IMG/VR virus record: IMGVR_UViG_3300044713_000064
Location: 7,586-71,585 of that record
From: a virus
Lineage: Duplodnaviria > Caudoviricetes
Strand: one strand, 5' to 3'
DNA length: 64,000 nt
In this document: positions 18,928 through 29,243 of the stretch, in pieces
How the letters are laid out: each line of letters starts with the position of its first letter
Numbering within the stretch: position 1 is the first letter of the stretch
The notes under the pieces: generated by a model
Databases searched by the model: none
What the model was told of the DNA's origin: nothing
What the model saw: only the letters and a program-made list of their open reading frames with translations
Program-made: the position numbers and the translations under genes

Positions 18928-19209
18928 ATGTCAGAACAAACAATGTGCCAAAATCTATTCGTGATCGCCCAGGCCTACGCCGAGGCGACCGGTCTTTCGA
19001 TGGTGACCGTGGGAAAGAAAATCCATGGAAATGGGGACTTTTTCGGCGAGTTTCTCAACGGCGATATCTCGTGCGGCGTCAATACGTACTACCAGTTGGT
19101 GAATCGGTTCCGGGCCAGATGGCCGAAAGGCGCGCCTTGGCCCCAGACGTCCCCCATCGGAAGGTTGGGGAAAAAAATCGACGCAGGCTTCGTGGACGAC
19201 AAGCGCTGA
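18928..19209 (+). CDS. Cro-like HTH regulator
   Basis: AQAYAEATGLSMVTVGKKIHGNGDFF...WPKGAPWP; first gene at the divergent switch. Confidence 0.65.
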   Translation: MSEQTMCQNLFVIAQAYAEATGLSMVTVGKKIHGNGDFFGEFLNGDISCGVNTYYQLVNRFRARWPKGAPWPQTSPIGRLGKKIDAGFVDDKR

Positions 19210-19226
19210 TAGAATGTGATTCGTAA

Positions 19227-19255
19227 GTCGTCCCATTAGGGATGTGGATCGAAAT
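19227..19255 (+). CRISPR. Solitary type I-C-like CRISPR repeat unit (no array)
   Basis: GT-CGTCCC-ATTA-GGGATG-TGGATCGAAAT: 5' GTCG, hairpin and the TGGATCGAAA 3' handle typical of I-C repeats; intergenic. Confidence 0.6.
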
Positions 19256-19280
19256 GCGAATCCGATAAGAATTGCGAATC

Positions 19281-19490
19281 ATGGAAAACTTCGTCGACGA
19301 CCAGCATGAAACCGTCTGGATCAGTATCCCGTTGGACCCACTGACGGCCGCGCGCCTGCGAAACCTGTCAGACGTTTGCCATGTGGACCCGATCGGCGTA
19401 GCAGCCTCATTGCTTCATGATGTGCTCGCCGAAGACGACGAGGCGCACCGCCCCTCTGGCGCTGAGGCCGGTGCCATCACGATCAACTGA
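19281..19490 (+). CDS. Ribbon-helix-helix-like small regulator
   Basis: Beta strand TVWISIPL then two helices (DPLTAARLRNLS, PIGVAASLLHDVL). Confidence 0.45.
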   Translation: MENFVDDQHETVWISIPLDPLTAARLRNLSDVCHVDPIGVAASLLHDVLAEDDEAHRPSGAEAGAITIN

Positions 19491-19512
19491 ACCTGAACCC
19501 TGAGGAGACGAT

Positions 19513-20004
19513 ATGGCGAGATCACCGGCAACTGGAGAAGGAAGCGCAACCGAGGCCACGACGCTGATATTCCCGAAGAAATCGGCGTGGGAAGAGGCGG
19601 CCGAGGCGAAGCGAACGGCAAAGAAGCGGGCGTCGTCGGCGAATGGAACCTTTTCCAAGGTGCTGGCACGTTTGGTCGAGGAAGAACACGTCGACCGCCG
19701 CGCGATGCGGATCGTCCTGGCTCTTGATGCGATCGAGGACGACCTCGATCTCCACACGACGGTTTACCACCTCATCGATGGCCTCAAGAAGCTCGGCGTC
19801 CTCAAGCGCGCCCAGGCGCAGGAGGAGATGTTCGACAACGACAAGATCGACACGGCGACGGCCGATTCGGTCAAGCCGCCGCGCAAGGGCCGCAAGGGAA
19901 AGGGCGCGACCGGTGATGATATCAGCGCAACCGAGGGCGGCAACGTAACCCAGATCGGCGCCGGCGCCCGCAAGGTTGCCGAGGCCGCTGGCGGACCTAT
20001 CTGA
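19513..20004 (+). CDS. Putative DNA-binding protein (distant GapR/DUF2312-like)
   Basis: SD GAGGAG; helical core ...EEEHVDRRAMRIVLALD...LKKLGV and a basic tail. Confidence 0.4.
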   Translation: MARSPATGEGSATEATTLIFPKKSAWEEAAEAKRTAKKRASSANGTFSKVLARLVEEEHVDRRAMRIVLALDAIEDDLDLHTTVYHLIDGLKKLGVLKRAQAQEEMFDNDKIDTATADSVKPPRKGRKGKGATGDDISATEGGNVTQIGAGARKVAEAAGGPI

Positions 20005-20007
20005 GCC

Positions 20008-20520
20008 GTGGACGCGCAGCCGACCCTCCCGACGCTCGAATGGCCGGCCCTCGTGGCCGGCTGTGTCTTTGTGTGCTTCGAGCTGCAGGGGGAACCTCGC
20101 CCCAAGGGCCGGCACCGGTCCCGGATCGGCTACAAGAACGGCAAGCCCTTTATGATGCAATACCCCGACCCGGACACGGCCAAATATGAGGCTGTCCTGG
20201 CCGAGGCGGCATCACTGTTCATGCGCGGCCGCGCGCCCACCGAGAATCCTGTGGCGCTGCTCGTGCACGCCTACAAACCGATCCCAGCCAGCTGGACGAA
20301 GACAGATCGGGCGCGGGCGCTGGCTGGCGCGATCATGGTGACATCCCGGCCCGATGGTGACAATTTTCTCAAGGGCGCCATGGATGCCTTGAATGGCGTC
20401 GTATGGCGCGATGATGCGCAAATCGTCGATGCCAGGGTGATCAAGCGTTACAGCGATTCGCCGGCGCTCCGCATCGAAGTCCGGGAGTTCCTGCCGCCAA
20501 ACGGTGATAAATCTCCCTAG
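20008..20520 (+). CDS. rusA: RusA-family Holliday junction resolvase
   Basis: GEPRPKGRHR, SRPDGDNFLKGAMDALNGVVWRDDAQIV, KRYS. Confidence 0.9.
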   Translation: MDAQPTLPTLEWPALVAGCVFVCFELQGEPRPKGRHRSRIGYKNGKPFMMQYPDPDTAKYEAVLAEAASLFMRGRAPTENPVALLVHAYKPIPASWTKTDRARALAGAIMVTSRPDGDNFLKGAMDALNGVVWRDDAQIVDARVIKRYSDSPALRIEVREFLPPNGDKSP

Positions 20521-20571
20521 ACAACTGCCGGTCTGCTGCGCTATTGGTCGGACAGGCAGGAACAAAATCTC

Positions 20572-21174
20572 ATGGCGACCAAGGGCAAGACACTGGTCAA
20601 AGCGCATAGATGGGCGCGCGAGTCGAATGAGCATTACGTCGAGCCTTTTTGGTGCAGTGAGAGGTTGTTTCAGGAAGAGAATTTTTCGCCGAGGGTCTGG
20701 GATCCATGCTGCGGCTTCGGGCGCATCCCGATCGCGGCGGCCCGCGCCGGTCTCGATGTGATCGGGACGGACATCGCTGATCGAGGATTCCACATGCTGG
20801 CTTCCAAACAGGATTTCCTGACAACTCAGCGTGTGCTCGCGGGCCACATCGTTTGCAACCCTCCGTTCACTATCGCGAGCCGATTCGCCCTTCATGCGCT
20901 GTCCTTGGACAGCGTCGATAAAGTTGCAATGATCTTCCCGACCGCGCGCCTCAATGCCGCTCACTGGCTATGCGGAACTCCGCTGATTCGGGTCTGGCTG
21001 ATGACGCCGCGGCCGAGCATGCCGCCCGGCCACACCATTGCCTCTGGCTTGAAACCTGGAGGCGGCAAGGTCGATTTTTGCTGGCTGGTCTGGGAGCGCG
21101 GATACGACGGTGCCGCACCTGAACTTTGTTGGCTGCGTCGCGATAGCAAAGGAGGAAACGATGGATCCGATTGA
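20572..21174 (+). CDS. DNA N6-adenine methyltransferase-like protein
   Basis: VWDPCCGFG (SAM-binding), IVCNPPF (catalytic), FCWLVW. Confidence 0.8.
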   Translation: MATKGKTLVKAHRWARESNEHYVEPFWCSERLFQEENFSPRVWDPCCGFGRIPIAAARAGLDVIGTDIADRGFHMLASKQDFLTTQRVLAGHIVCNPPFTIASRFALHALSLDSVDKVAMIFPTARLNAAHWLCGTPLIRVWLMTPRPSMPPGHTIASGLKPGGGKVDFCWLVWERGYDGAAPELCWLRRDSKGGNDGSD

Positions 21175-21363
21175 AGTGGTTACCCTGGCGCGGTTCAATC
21201 TGCGCGTCTGCCAGCAATCCCTCTTGCTGATTCGCGGCGCGCCCGCTGCGCCTGGAAGCATGCGGTGCACCTTCACGGATGAGGTGATTCGGGGCATGGA
21301 AGGCCGCCTTTGCCGCGCCCTCGACCTGCTATGGGCCGCCCAGGAAGCGGCCGGGCTCAACTG

Positions 21364-22215
21364 ATGCCGTGCGATCCATCGCCACCGGATCCGTTTCTCA
21401 TTGCCGAGCCAGCGCTGATTTCCTTCAGCGGTGGTCGGACATCGGCCTACATGCTTTTCCGCATCCTGCGAGCTTTCAACGGCGAACTTCCACCCGACAT
21501 TTACGTGGTTTTTGCCAACACGGGCAAAGAACGTGAGGAAACCCTGCGTTTCGTTCATGACGTGGAAGTTTATTTCAACGTCAGGGTTTGGTGGATAGAG
21601 CGGACAAGAGATGGCGGATTCGAGATCGTCGGCTACAACAGCGCCAGCCGAAACGGCGAGCCATTCGCGGCTCTGATCGCCAAGAAGCAATACACCCCGA
21701 ATGCCGTAACGCGATTCTATACTGTCGAATTGAAAATTAGAGTCATGCGGGATTTTGCCCGGTCGGTTGGATTCGAGGAATGGAACAATGTCATAGGGCT
21801 ACGATACGACGAAGGCATTCGCGTTATGAAGGCCCTTGCGCGCAACGATGAAGGCAAGGAGCGCTTTAAAGCGATTATGCCATTATCCAAGGCCAAGGTG
21901 ACGAAGGCCAATGTGATGGACTTTTGGAAAGACCAGCCGTTTGACCTTGGCCTTAAATCCTATGAGGGAAACTGCGATCTGTGTTTCTTGAAATCCAAAG
22001 CTAAGTTGTGCGCCATCATCCGCGAACAGCCGGGCAGTGCCGATTGGTGGATTGAACAAGAGAAAGTCGGAAAGGGCCGTTTCGTCACCGAACGCTCTTA
22101 TGCCGATCTTGCCAAATCCGTTCACGATCAGGGACATCTGTTCGATGGCTGGATTGATGACGATGATCATGATGCAGAATGCGGTCTATTATGCGGGGTC
22201 CCCGATGCCGCGTGA
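21364..22215 (+). CDS. PAPS-reductase (PP-loop) family protein
   Basis: ISFSGGRTSAYM, FANTGKEREETLRF, IGLRYDE, GNCDLCFLK. Confidence 0.85.
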   Translation: MPCDPSPPDPFLIAEPALISFSGGRTSAYMLFRILRAFNGELPPDIYVVFANTGKEREETLRFVHDVEVYFNVRVWWIERTRDGGFEIVGYNSASRNGEPFAALIAKKQYTPNAVTRFYTVELKIRVMRDFARSVGFEEWNNVIGLRYDEGIRVMKALARNDEGKERFKAIMPLSKAKVTKANVMDFWKDQPFDLGLKSYEGNCDLCFLKSKAKLCAIIREQPGSADWWIEQEKVGKGRFVTERSYADLAKSVHDQGHLFDGWIDDDDHDAECGLLCGVPDAA

Positions 22216-22822
22216 TCTCCGCAAGAAAGAGGTCGACCGCCACGCCAAGGCCCGCCGGCAGTACGCGCTCGATCGCAACGAGTTCCGCGAGGCAACGGCC
22301 CCGCGCCGGGCCGCAGCGGGCGCCACGTCGTTTGCGGTGAAGGTGGCCGACCCGGAAGACCGGGCCGCAATTGACGCGTTCCTGGAGGCTCGGAGGAGAC
22401 CATGAGCATCAAAGCACCTTGGACGTCGAAGCAGGTCGATAGCCTGAATCAATTCCAGCATTCCGGCATGATGCACCCGTTTACATGCCCTGGCCACGAA
22501 GGCGGTGGCGACCGCAATTTGGTGGCCACAAGATCTGGGTGGATTTGCTGCCATTGCGACTACCGGCAGGATTGGACGCACGATTGGATGTGCGCATTCC
22601 AACCCTGACAGCCGTTGACTTCGGAACCGAGTCGGACGTAAAAACGAAACGACCCGCCGGGGGCTTTGGCGGGCCGTTGTAGCAATAGCCGATGGCTTTC
22701 GACGGGCATCGGATAGGCACAAGATGTAGGGCGAACGCGGCCCGCCGTCAACCTCCTGTCCCACATTTCCGCAAAATTCATCGGTCCTTCACAAAGGGAT
22801 TCCGATGTCTGCGCACGCAAAA

Positions 22823-23185
22823 TTGTCCACCCATCCGAGGGGACAATGAGCGAATCGACAACTCCAATCTGCGATCTGATCGAGCGGCTGTTGTCCCCCC
22901 TGATGTCCCCTCATTGTCCACCGGGGACACTGGGGACAGTCATTGAAAATGTTCGCCCGATCGAATCCGCAATGATGATGGGATCCACTAGATTTGGTGG
23001 TTCGTCGGTGGATAGACGCGAGAGAGAGCGCCTCAAAAAGCAGAGATATCGGGCTCGAAAAAATGCTCTGTCCACCGGGGACAGTCCACCGGGGACAAAT
23101 CCCGACCCTATTCTTATTAAGACTCAGGAAGTAATTGATAAAGTAAGAAAGAAAGAATCTGGTGTCCACCATGTCCACGGGGACA
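22823..23185. repeat. Iteron cluster, probable replication origin
   Basis: Many TGTCCAC/TGTCCCC and GGGGAC(A) units in both orientations (e.g. TGTCCACCGGGGACAGTCCACCGGGGACA at 23069) around an A-rich stretch inside the replication gene. Confidence 0.7.
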
Positions 23186-23583
23186 AACCTGAGATACCGA
23201 AAGACGATTGGCCATCCGATTTTCTTGATCAGTTCTGGGGGGCATTCCCCCCTTTCCGCCGCCAAGCAAAAGCGAAGGTTGGCCAGAAGCTCGCCAAAAT
23301 CCGCGCCGCCGGTGCCGTGACCTGGCAGGTTCTATTTGATGGGGTTCTGAAATTCGCGGCGACGAATCCCGGCGAGTACGCGCCGGCGCCGATGGTGTGG
23401 TTGAACGACGGTCGATGGGACCGGGAATATGGAACGCAAAAGGGATTCTCCAATGGAAAAGCTCAGGGCTCCTCTACCGACAAAATCGGGTTCTCCGGCC
23501 TCGCCGCCAGGATCCGCTATGGTGATCTCGACGGGGAGTCCCGCCCGGCTCCCGAAGATCTCGAACCTATTAACCGACGTTGA
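22846..23583 (+). CDS. Replication initiator / replisome-organiser-like protein (start uncertain)
   Basis: RERERLKKQRYRARK, FLDQFWGAFPP, PAPMVWLNDGRWD; contains iterons like lambda O. Confidence 0.7.
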   Translation: MSESTTPICDLIERLLSPLMSPHCPPGTLGTVIENVRPIESAMMMGSTRFGGSSVDRRERERLKKQRYRARKNALSTGDSPPGTNPDPILIKTQEVIDKVRKKESGVHHVHGDKPEIPKDDWPSDFLDQFWGAFPPFRRQAKAKVGQKLAKIRAAGAVTWQVLFDGVLKFAATNPGEYAPAPMVWLNDGRWDREYGTQKGFSNGKAQGSSTDKIGFSGLAARIRYGDLDGESRPAPEDLEPINRR

Positions 23584-24040
23584 AATTCCGCGGTCGGCCT
23601 GGGCGGCTTGGATCCCGTCAGAGGGATCGCGCCAACTGCGGCGGGCTCTGACCGAAACCGAACGGAGTGCGCTGATCGCGCGCCGAGATGAGTTGGCGCC
23701 GGCGGTTCTCGGATTCGCGGATTTCGAGCGAAACAAGGTCGCGCTCGCGCTCGCGGATATGTTCGGCTCGTTCCCTTCGATGCGGCAGAGCGGGAGCGAA
23801 GTGATGGCGCGGCTCGACGCAGCTCAACGGGTGCTTGAGCCTTACCCGCTGTGGGCGATCCGGCGCGCTTGCCTGTCGATCCAGTCGAACGGCGTTTGGC
23901 GGGAGGAAAAATTCGATCGCCAATGGCCGCCGAGCGACGCCGAGATCGTGGCCAGTGTCCGCGCCGAGATGCGCCTATTCGTCAACCAGTATCATTCCGC
24001 GGTCGCGCTGCTGGCCGCTACGGTCGAGGAGCAGAGATGA
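23453..24040 (+). CDS. Putative helicase loader-like protein
   Basis: LEPYPLWAIRRAC...WPPSDAEI; follows the initiator gene. Confidence 0.5.
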   Translation: MEKLRAPLPTKSGSPASPPGSAMVISTGSPARLPKISNLLTDVEIPRSAWAAWIPSEGSRQLRRALTETERSALIARRDELAPAVLGFADFERNKVALALADMFGSFPSMRQSGSEVMARLDAAQRVLEPYPLWAIRRACLSIQSNGVWREEKFDRQWPPSDAEIVASVRAEMRLFVNQYHSAVALLAATVEEQR

Positions 24041-24981
24041 CCGTCAAGATCATCGTAGGCGACGCGCTCGAGCAGTTGAAACTCCTGCCGGCCCAGAGCG
24101 TGAATTGCGTCGTAACGTCGCCGCCCTATTGGGGGCTCCGAGATTACGAGGTCGAAGGTCAGATCGGGCAGGAAGAAAACTTCGAGGATTGGCTGCTAGT
24201 CATGGTCGAAGTGTTCAACGAGGTGAAGCGGGTGCTGCGAAACGATGGCGTAGCTTGGGTTAACCTCGGTGATTGCTATGCCAACGATGGCAAGTGGGGC
24301 GGCGCCACCGGGGGCAAACACACGAGATATCTGCATGGCGGCGAGACGCGCATCGGCCGAGAGAAGCGGAAGACTGGCCTGAAACCAAAGGACTTGGTTG
24401 GCATGCCCTGGCGATTCGCCTTCGCTGCGCGTGATGCCGGTTGGTGGTTGCGGCGGGATGTCGTTTGGTACAAGCTCAACCCGCTACCGGAGAACGTCAA
24501 GGACAGACCAACCTGTACGCACGAATTTCTCTTCATGCTTACCAAGTCCGAGCAATATTTTTACGATGCAGCGGCGATCGCCGAGGACTGCAGTCCCAAT
24601 ACCCATTCACGCGGAACGGGAAATTCGCCGAAAGCGACGCGACCAGGAAGCGGTAACCGACACAACCGTAGCTTCCAGGCCAGCACCCTTGGGCCTGTCA
24701 CAAAGCGCAACAAGCGCACGGTATGGACCACAGTCACAGATCCCTATCCCGAGGCACACTTTGCGACATTCCCGCCGGCACTGATTACGCCATGCATCCT
24801 TGCAGGATGCCCGGTCGGTGGCATCGTCCTCGACCCGTTCGGAGGTAGCGGCACAGTGGGCATGGTCGCCGCGCGCGAGGGCCGCAACGCGATCCTCATC
24901 GAACTCAATCCCTCCTACGCCGCCATGGCCCGCCGCCGCGTCGACGACGACAGCCCTCTATTCGCGAGGGCCGCAGAATGA
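24037..24981 (+). CDS. DNA methyltransferase, N4-cytosine/N6-adenine (beta class)
   Basis: VVTSPPYWGLRDY, WVNLGDCY, AHFATFPPAL, VLDPFGGSGT, ILIELN. Confidence 0.92.
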   Translation: MTVKIIVGDALEQLKLLPAQSVNCVVTSPPYWGLRDYEVEGQIGQEENFEDWLLVMVEVFNEVKRVLRNDGVAWVNLGDCYANDGKWGGATGGKHTRYLHGGETRIGREKRKTGLKPKDLVGMPWRFAFAARDAGWWLRRDVVWYKLNPLPENVKDRPTCTHEFLFMLTKSEQYFYDAAAIAEDCSPNTHSRGTGNSPKATRPGSGNRHNRSFQASTLGPVTKRNKRTVWTTVTDPYPEAHFATFPPALITPCILAGCPVGGIVLDPFGGSGTVGMVAAREGRNAILIELNPSYAAMARRRVDDDSPLFARAAE

Positions 24982-25275
24982 GATCCTTCAACGAGCCCTG
25001 GGAACCGGAGGACATCTTCGACCGCCAGGAGGCCGCAGAGCGCCGCGCGTATCTGGACCGGATCAAGGAGCGGAATGCCGCGGCCGCCGCACAGGAAGCC
25101 GCCGCTGAGGCGGCACGGCATGAATCCGCGCGGCAGTTCACCCTTGAGACCACAAGGCGGGCGATCCGGCGCGATTACGAGCAGGCTGGGGTCGAACCGC
25201 TGCAGGTCGGTGGGGATGGAACGCCGACGGTATCGCTCACGCTGCTGCTGTCGATGGGGTGGAAGGTGGCCGATT

Positions 25276-25659
25276 TCAACGGCGAGCGGCAGCTCGTGCG
25301 GCCGAATCATGAAAGACCATCGCCAGATCCGATTCGCGGGTAGCCTTGAGATGCTTCAAAACTTCAAGCGGATGCTGCTGCTCGAGGATGCCGGCGCGGA
25401 TCAGCGCGTCGGCGTAATCGCCAAGGACCATGCCGAGCATAGCCCGGCCGCGCTCAGTGAGCACCGTCGTCATGGGCCTCACGGCGCCCGTAGGCGAGCC
25501 GCGGAGGTAGCCTTGACCAATGAGCGCGTTCCGAGATTGGACCTTGTGCGGGTCGCAGACGGCAACGTCGACCTCTCCGTCGATGTGTCCGATCAGCATG
25601 TTCCGTTGGCAAACGGTGAGTTTCCGGAGTTCGGTTTCGCTGATCGGGGCCATCGTCAT
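25276..25659 (-). CDS. Counter-oriented hypothetical protein (winged-helix-like)
   Basis: MTMAPISETELRKLTVCQRNML...ALIGQGYL...VLTERGRAML; SD GGAG; divergent from the 25768 ORF. Confidence 0.5.
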   Translation of the reverse strand: MTMAPISETELRKLTVCQRNMLIGHIDGEVDVAVCDPHKVQSRNALIGQGYLRGSPTGAVRPMTTVLTERGRAMLGMVLGDYADALIRAGILEQQHPLEVLKHLKATRESDLAMVFHDSAARAAARR

Positions 25660-27193
25660 GGGCGGATCTCCTGGGTTCCCTCCAGATTTATCTACCGATT
25701 TGCGCATTTGTCCATAGCCAGCGGTGATAATTGTCGCTAAAACAGATTCCGCAATGAGGAGGCAGCCGTGATCCGAATCGTTATCCAGACCCAGAATTGC
25801 AATGCAGCGGCTCATGTCGCAGGCGCTGCGGCCGTTCAGGAGTTCGCGACATTCGACGTCTGCGCTCCCGAGGTAGAGCAGTTCATGGCGAAATCGTCGA
25901 ACACCTACGAGACGAAGCAGTTCGTCGGCGTCGAGCTGCTGCCCAATGGCGGCCCTCATACCGAACCGCAGGCGCTGGCCGATCGGCTGGAGCGCTGCGT
26001 ACGCCTCGGGTTCGTGTCGCGGCGCGTCGGCGACAAGGATGCGTTCGACGTGGACGACCTTCTGGAGGTTTCCGAGGTCGCCCATATTGTGTCCGCGCTG
26101 CGTTTCAGTACGACTTTCGCTAGGCGAGAGGAAGCGAGGCCGCGGCCGGATCGCGCGAAGATGGCGATCGCCATCGCAAGGATCGGAAGTGGGCGATCCC
26201 CAAATGTTGATCCAGATCAGGTATGGTCTGAATTGTCGGATGGGGACAAGGCAATGGCCTTCGCCATCTACGACCTGATGGTCGACCCGTCCCGGTGGCC
26301 GGCATGATCTTGATCTTGGTCCTCATCGCGGTCTTTCTAGGCGCTAAAATCTACCATCTGAAGCGCGAGAACCGCCGCCTCCGGCAGGAGATCGCCGCGC
26401 TTGAGGCGTTCGATTATTCTCAGACTGACAGAGCTCACGCCCTGAGATCGGTGCTTGGTGACGATGATCCTGACGTGAGGAGGATATATTGATGGCACAG
26501 CGAACGCCGGGACCGTGGAATTACGTGCGAGCTCCGCAGCCAACAGATGGTGAGTTTGATTGCGCCATCAGCGCCTTTATCGATGGCAAACGGCAGGTGA
26601 TCGCCGAATGCTTCGGCCGCGTCGCTCATAACGTAAGGCCAGATTCGCAGGCGAACGCCGCCGCAATCGTCAAATGGGAGAACTCGTTCGACGAACTCGT
26701 GAAGGCCCTGGAGCGAGTCAAGATTGATCTGCAGTCTGCCAGAACGATTATCGAGCATCATGATGGAGAACAGGCCCATGGAATTCGGCAAACGCTGGAG
26801 ATCGTCGATGCCGCCCTCGCCAAAGCCAAGCCATGACTGATCCCTCCATGCACGACGCTTTGACACCGCCGCGCCAGCGCCCCGGCTATCGCTGGGAGCG
26901 CCGTGAAGGCTGCTCCTGCCGGTCGTGCCCATGGAAGGGAAACTGCAGGGGCGAGGACACTGAGCATTGGGTTGAAGTGCTCGAATCTGTGGAGCCAGGC
27001 CAATGAGCGTAAGGCTGCAAGGAATTCGGAAGAGATACCATCCGAAAGACACCGATGAAGTGCGATGCGACATCCATGGCATCGTGACGACATGGGGCGC
27101 ATTGAATGCAATCCAGCGTCTCGCGGTGGAGGAGTGCTTGGACACGCGCGAGGACATGCGATGTTTGCTTGCTCCTCCTGAGGAGAATGGCCA

Positions 27194-27619
27194 ATGACCG
27201 ATTTCGTCTACCGATTCGAATACGCCGATCGCAGCGCGTTCGAGATTCAACTTGACGGCCGCGCCTTCATTACGTTTCCGGATGGCCGCCGCGAAGAGAA
27301 GTTCGGCAAGATCACCAACAATATCCCTCAGATCAACACACCGCATACGACTGATTGGATACAGGGTGTCAAGCTTGAAGCCTTTCATCAAGTCGAGCGC
27401 TATGGCGTCATGCATAATGCTGGAAAAAGTCCGTTCGATTGGTTCTGGCTGATCGGCTATCTGGCACAAAAGGCAGCCGCGTCTGAGGTTGCAGGCGATA
27501 TAAATAAGGCCAAGCATCATACGATCTCAACGGGAGCAGCGCTGTTGAATTGGCATCGCCATCTCACCGGAGAATCCACATCGATGCGCCCTGGAATTGC
27601 TGATCCGGAATTGTCCTAG
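27194..27619 (+). CDS. Hypothetical protein with a MazG-like all-alpha C-terminal domain
   Basis: EAFHQVERYG..HNAGKSPFDWFWLIGYLAQKA...KAKHHTISTGAALLNW. Confidence 0.45.
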   Translation: MTDFVYRFEYADRSAFEIQLDGRAFITFPDGRREEKFGKITNNIPQINTPHTTDWIQGVKLEAFHQVERYGVMHNAGKSPFDWFWLIGYLAQKAAASEVAGDINKAKHHTISTGAALLNWHRHLTGESTSMRPGIADPELS

Positions 27620-28866
27620 CTTGCCTCCGGGGATAATCCACCCCTAAAGTAGGATCTGAAACGAAAGGAATCGAAATGCGCGTATCCGAAATGCAAGCGA
27701 AGATCGCCGTTGCAAAAGCCAAGATCGCTGCTGAGCTTCCCATGTCCGGCGTGGAAGAAAAGAAGGTCGCGGAATTTATCACGATCGGGCTCGACCTTCT
27801 CGGAGAGGTCTTCGTCGACCTGAAGCGAATCGCCGATGCGGCGGAAGCGCTGGAAGTCTCGGTGCGAGAGATCAACGTCGGCGGCTAAAGCAGGATCTGC
27901 ACCACAGCGACGCCGAGCGCCCAAGAGCAAGCGACAGTAGTGGCGATAACGAGGATAAGGCATTGCGCGAACATTGGTTTTCTCCTTCTGTCGTGGTGAC
28001 AGTAGGCGGCAAAGATTGAGGAGGGGTTAAAATGGCTGAGCTATCGGACAAATTTCTAGGTGAATTCTTGGCCGCGCTTCCTGAGAGTTGGGACAAGAAT
28101 TCGCTATCCACCAACTGGATGATCGGCCGCGCGATCGGCGACGCGCTTGAAGCCATCCTCAAGGCCGACGGGCCCGGCCGCCATCTCCACTTCCACCCAC
28201 CGGAAGGATCAATCCTGGCTGCTGAGGGGGAATCGGTTTTGATCGAGCCAATTGAATCTGCCTCCGCGCGGCTCGCGGTCGGCGTTTCAGTCCAGACTGT
28301 CGCAGCGGGCACGGTGAACACCGAGGGCGAGGCAGTCCTATCGATGCTGATGCTGACAGGCGAACTCGGCGGCAAACGCGAGGACGAAACTTGCAGCGCA
28401 TATCTGCGGCGCCTGCTGGATTTCGTGGCCTCCCATGATCCGGGACACTATGACGATGAGGCAACCGTCAAAGCCAGCGACTTCGTCGACGTCCGCACCA
28501 CCTTTGAAGGCAGGGTGATCCTGCCGGAATATGTCCTGATCGCCAGCGCTCCCGAGAACCAGACCATCGGCGCCGATGGCAAGATCACGCCGCAGAAACC
28601 CGAGAAGCCGCTCGACCTCGCAGACCTGGGCTAAAAGCCATGTCGGGACCTCGGATTGGGCCATGCCTTGAATGTGGCAAGCCAGCGCCTCCCGATCGCT
28701 TCCTATGCGCTGAATGCAGTTCCCCTCAGCGGATGAAGGAAATCCTTCATCAGATCGACATCGGCATTGTGAGGCGTCTGTCCGCGCGCCTGGAAAAATT
28801 TACACCCGAGAAAAAGACAAATATCACCGTAAACGACTGACAACATTTATCAATTGGCTTCATGCA

Positions 28867-29202
28867 ATGTCCCGCACCAAAGGCTCAAAGAACCGACCCA
28901 AACGCCACGTCAACCCCTTGACAAAACGAGAGGCTGTCGTCGCTCAATCCGGTGTTACCCCACTGGAATACATGCTCCGAATCATGCGGGACCCCCGGGC
29001 CTCCAAGGAGCGCCGCGACGACATGGCCAAGGCCGCAGCCAGGTTCGTGCACCCGATTCTAGGCGCAATAGCCAGCATCCAGGCCCCGCAGGTCATGCCG
29101 GATCAGCAGAAGACGCTCCAGCACGAGGGCAACGTGGTGCAGATCGACGACCCGGTGGCGGCGGCCCGGCTGTACCAGCGAATGATCAAGCAGGTCAGGT
29201 AG
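28867..29202 (+). CDS. terS: Terminase small subunit-like protein
   Basis: KGSKNR, GVTPLEYMLRIMRD...RRDDMAKAAARFVHPIL. Confidence 0.65.
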   Translation: MSRTKGSKNRPKRHVNPLTKREAVVAQSGVTPLEYMLRIMRDPRASKERRDDMAKAAARFVHPILGAIASIQAPQVMPDQQKTLQHEGNVVQIDDPVAAARLYQRMIKQVR

Positions 29203-29204
29203 TC

Positions 29205-29243
29205 GTTACCTCTTGACGTAACGCCGCGTTACTTTAAGGTAAC
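29205..29243 (+). promoter_or_regulatory. Promoter overlaid by four alternating GTTAC/GTAAC half-sites
   Basis: GTTAC 29205, GTAAC 29218, GTTAC 29228, GTAAC 29239; TTGACG-N16-TAAGGT; ATG at 29249. Confidence 0.55.
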
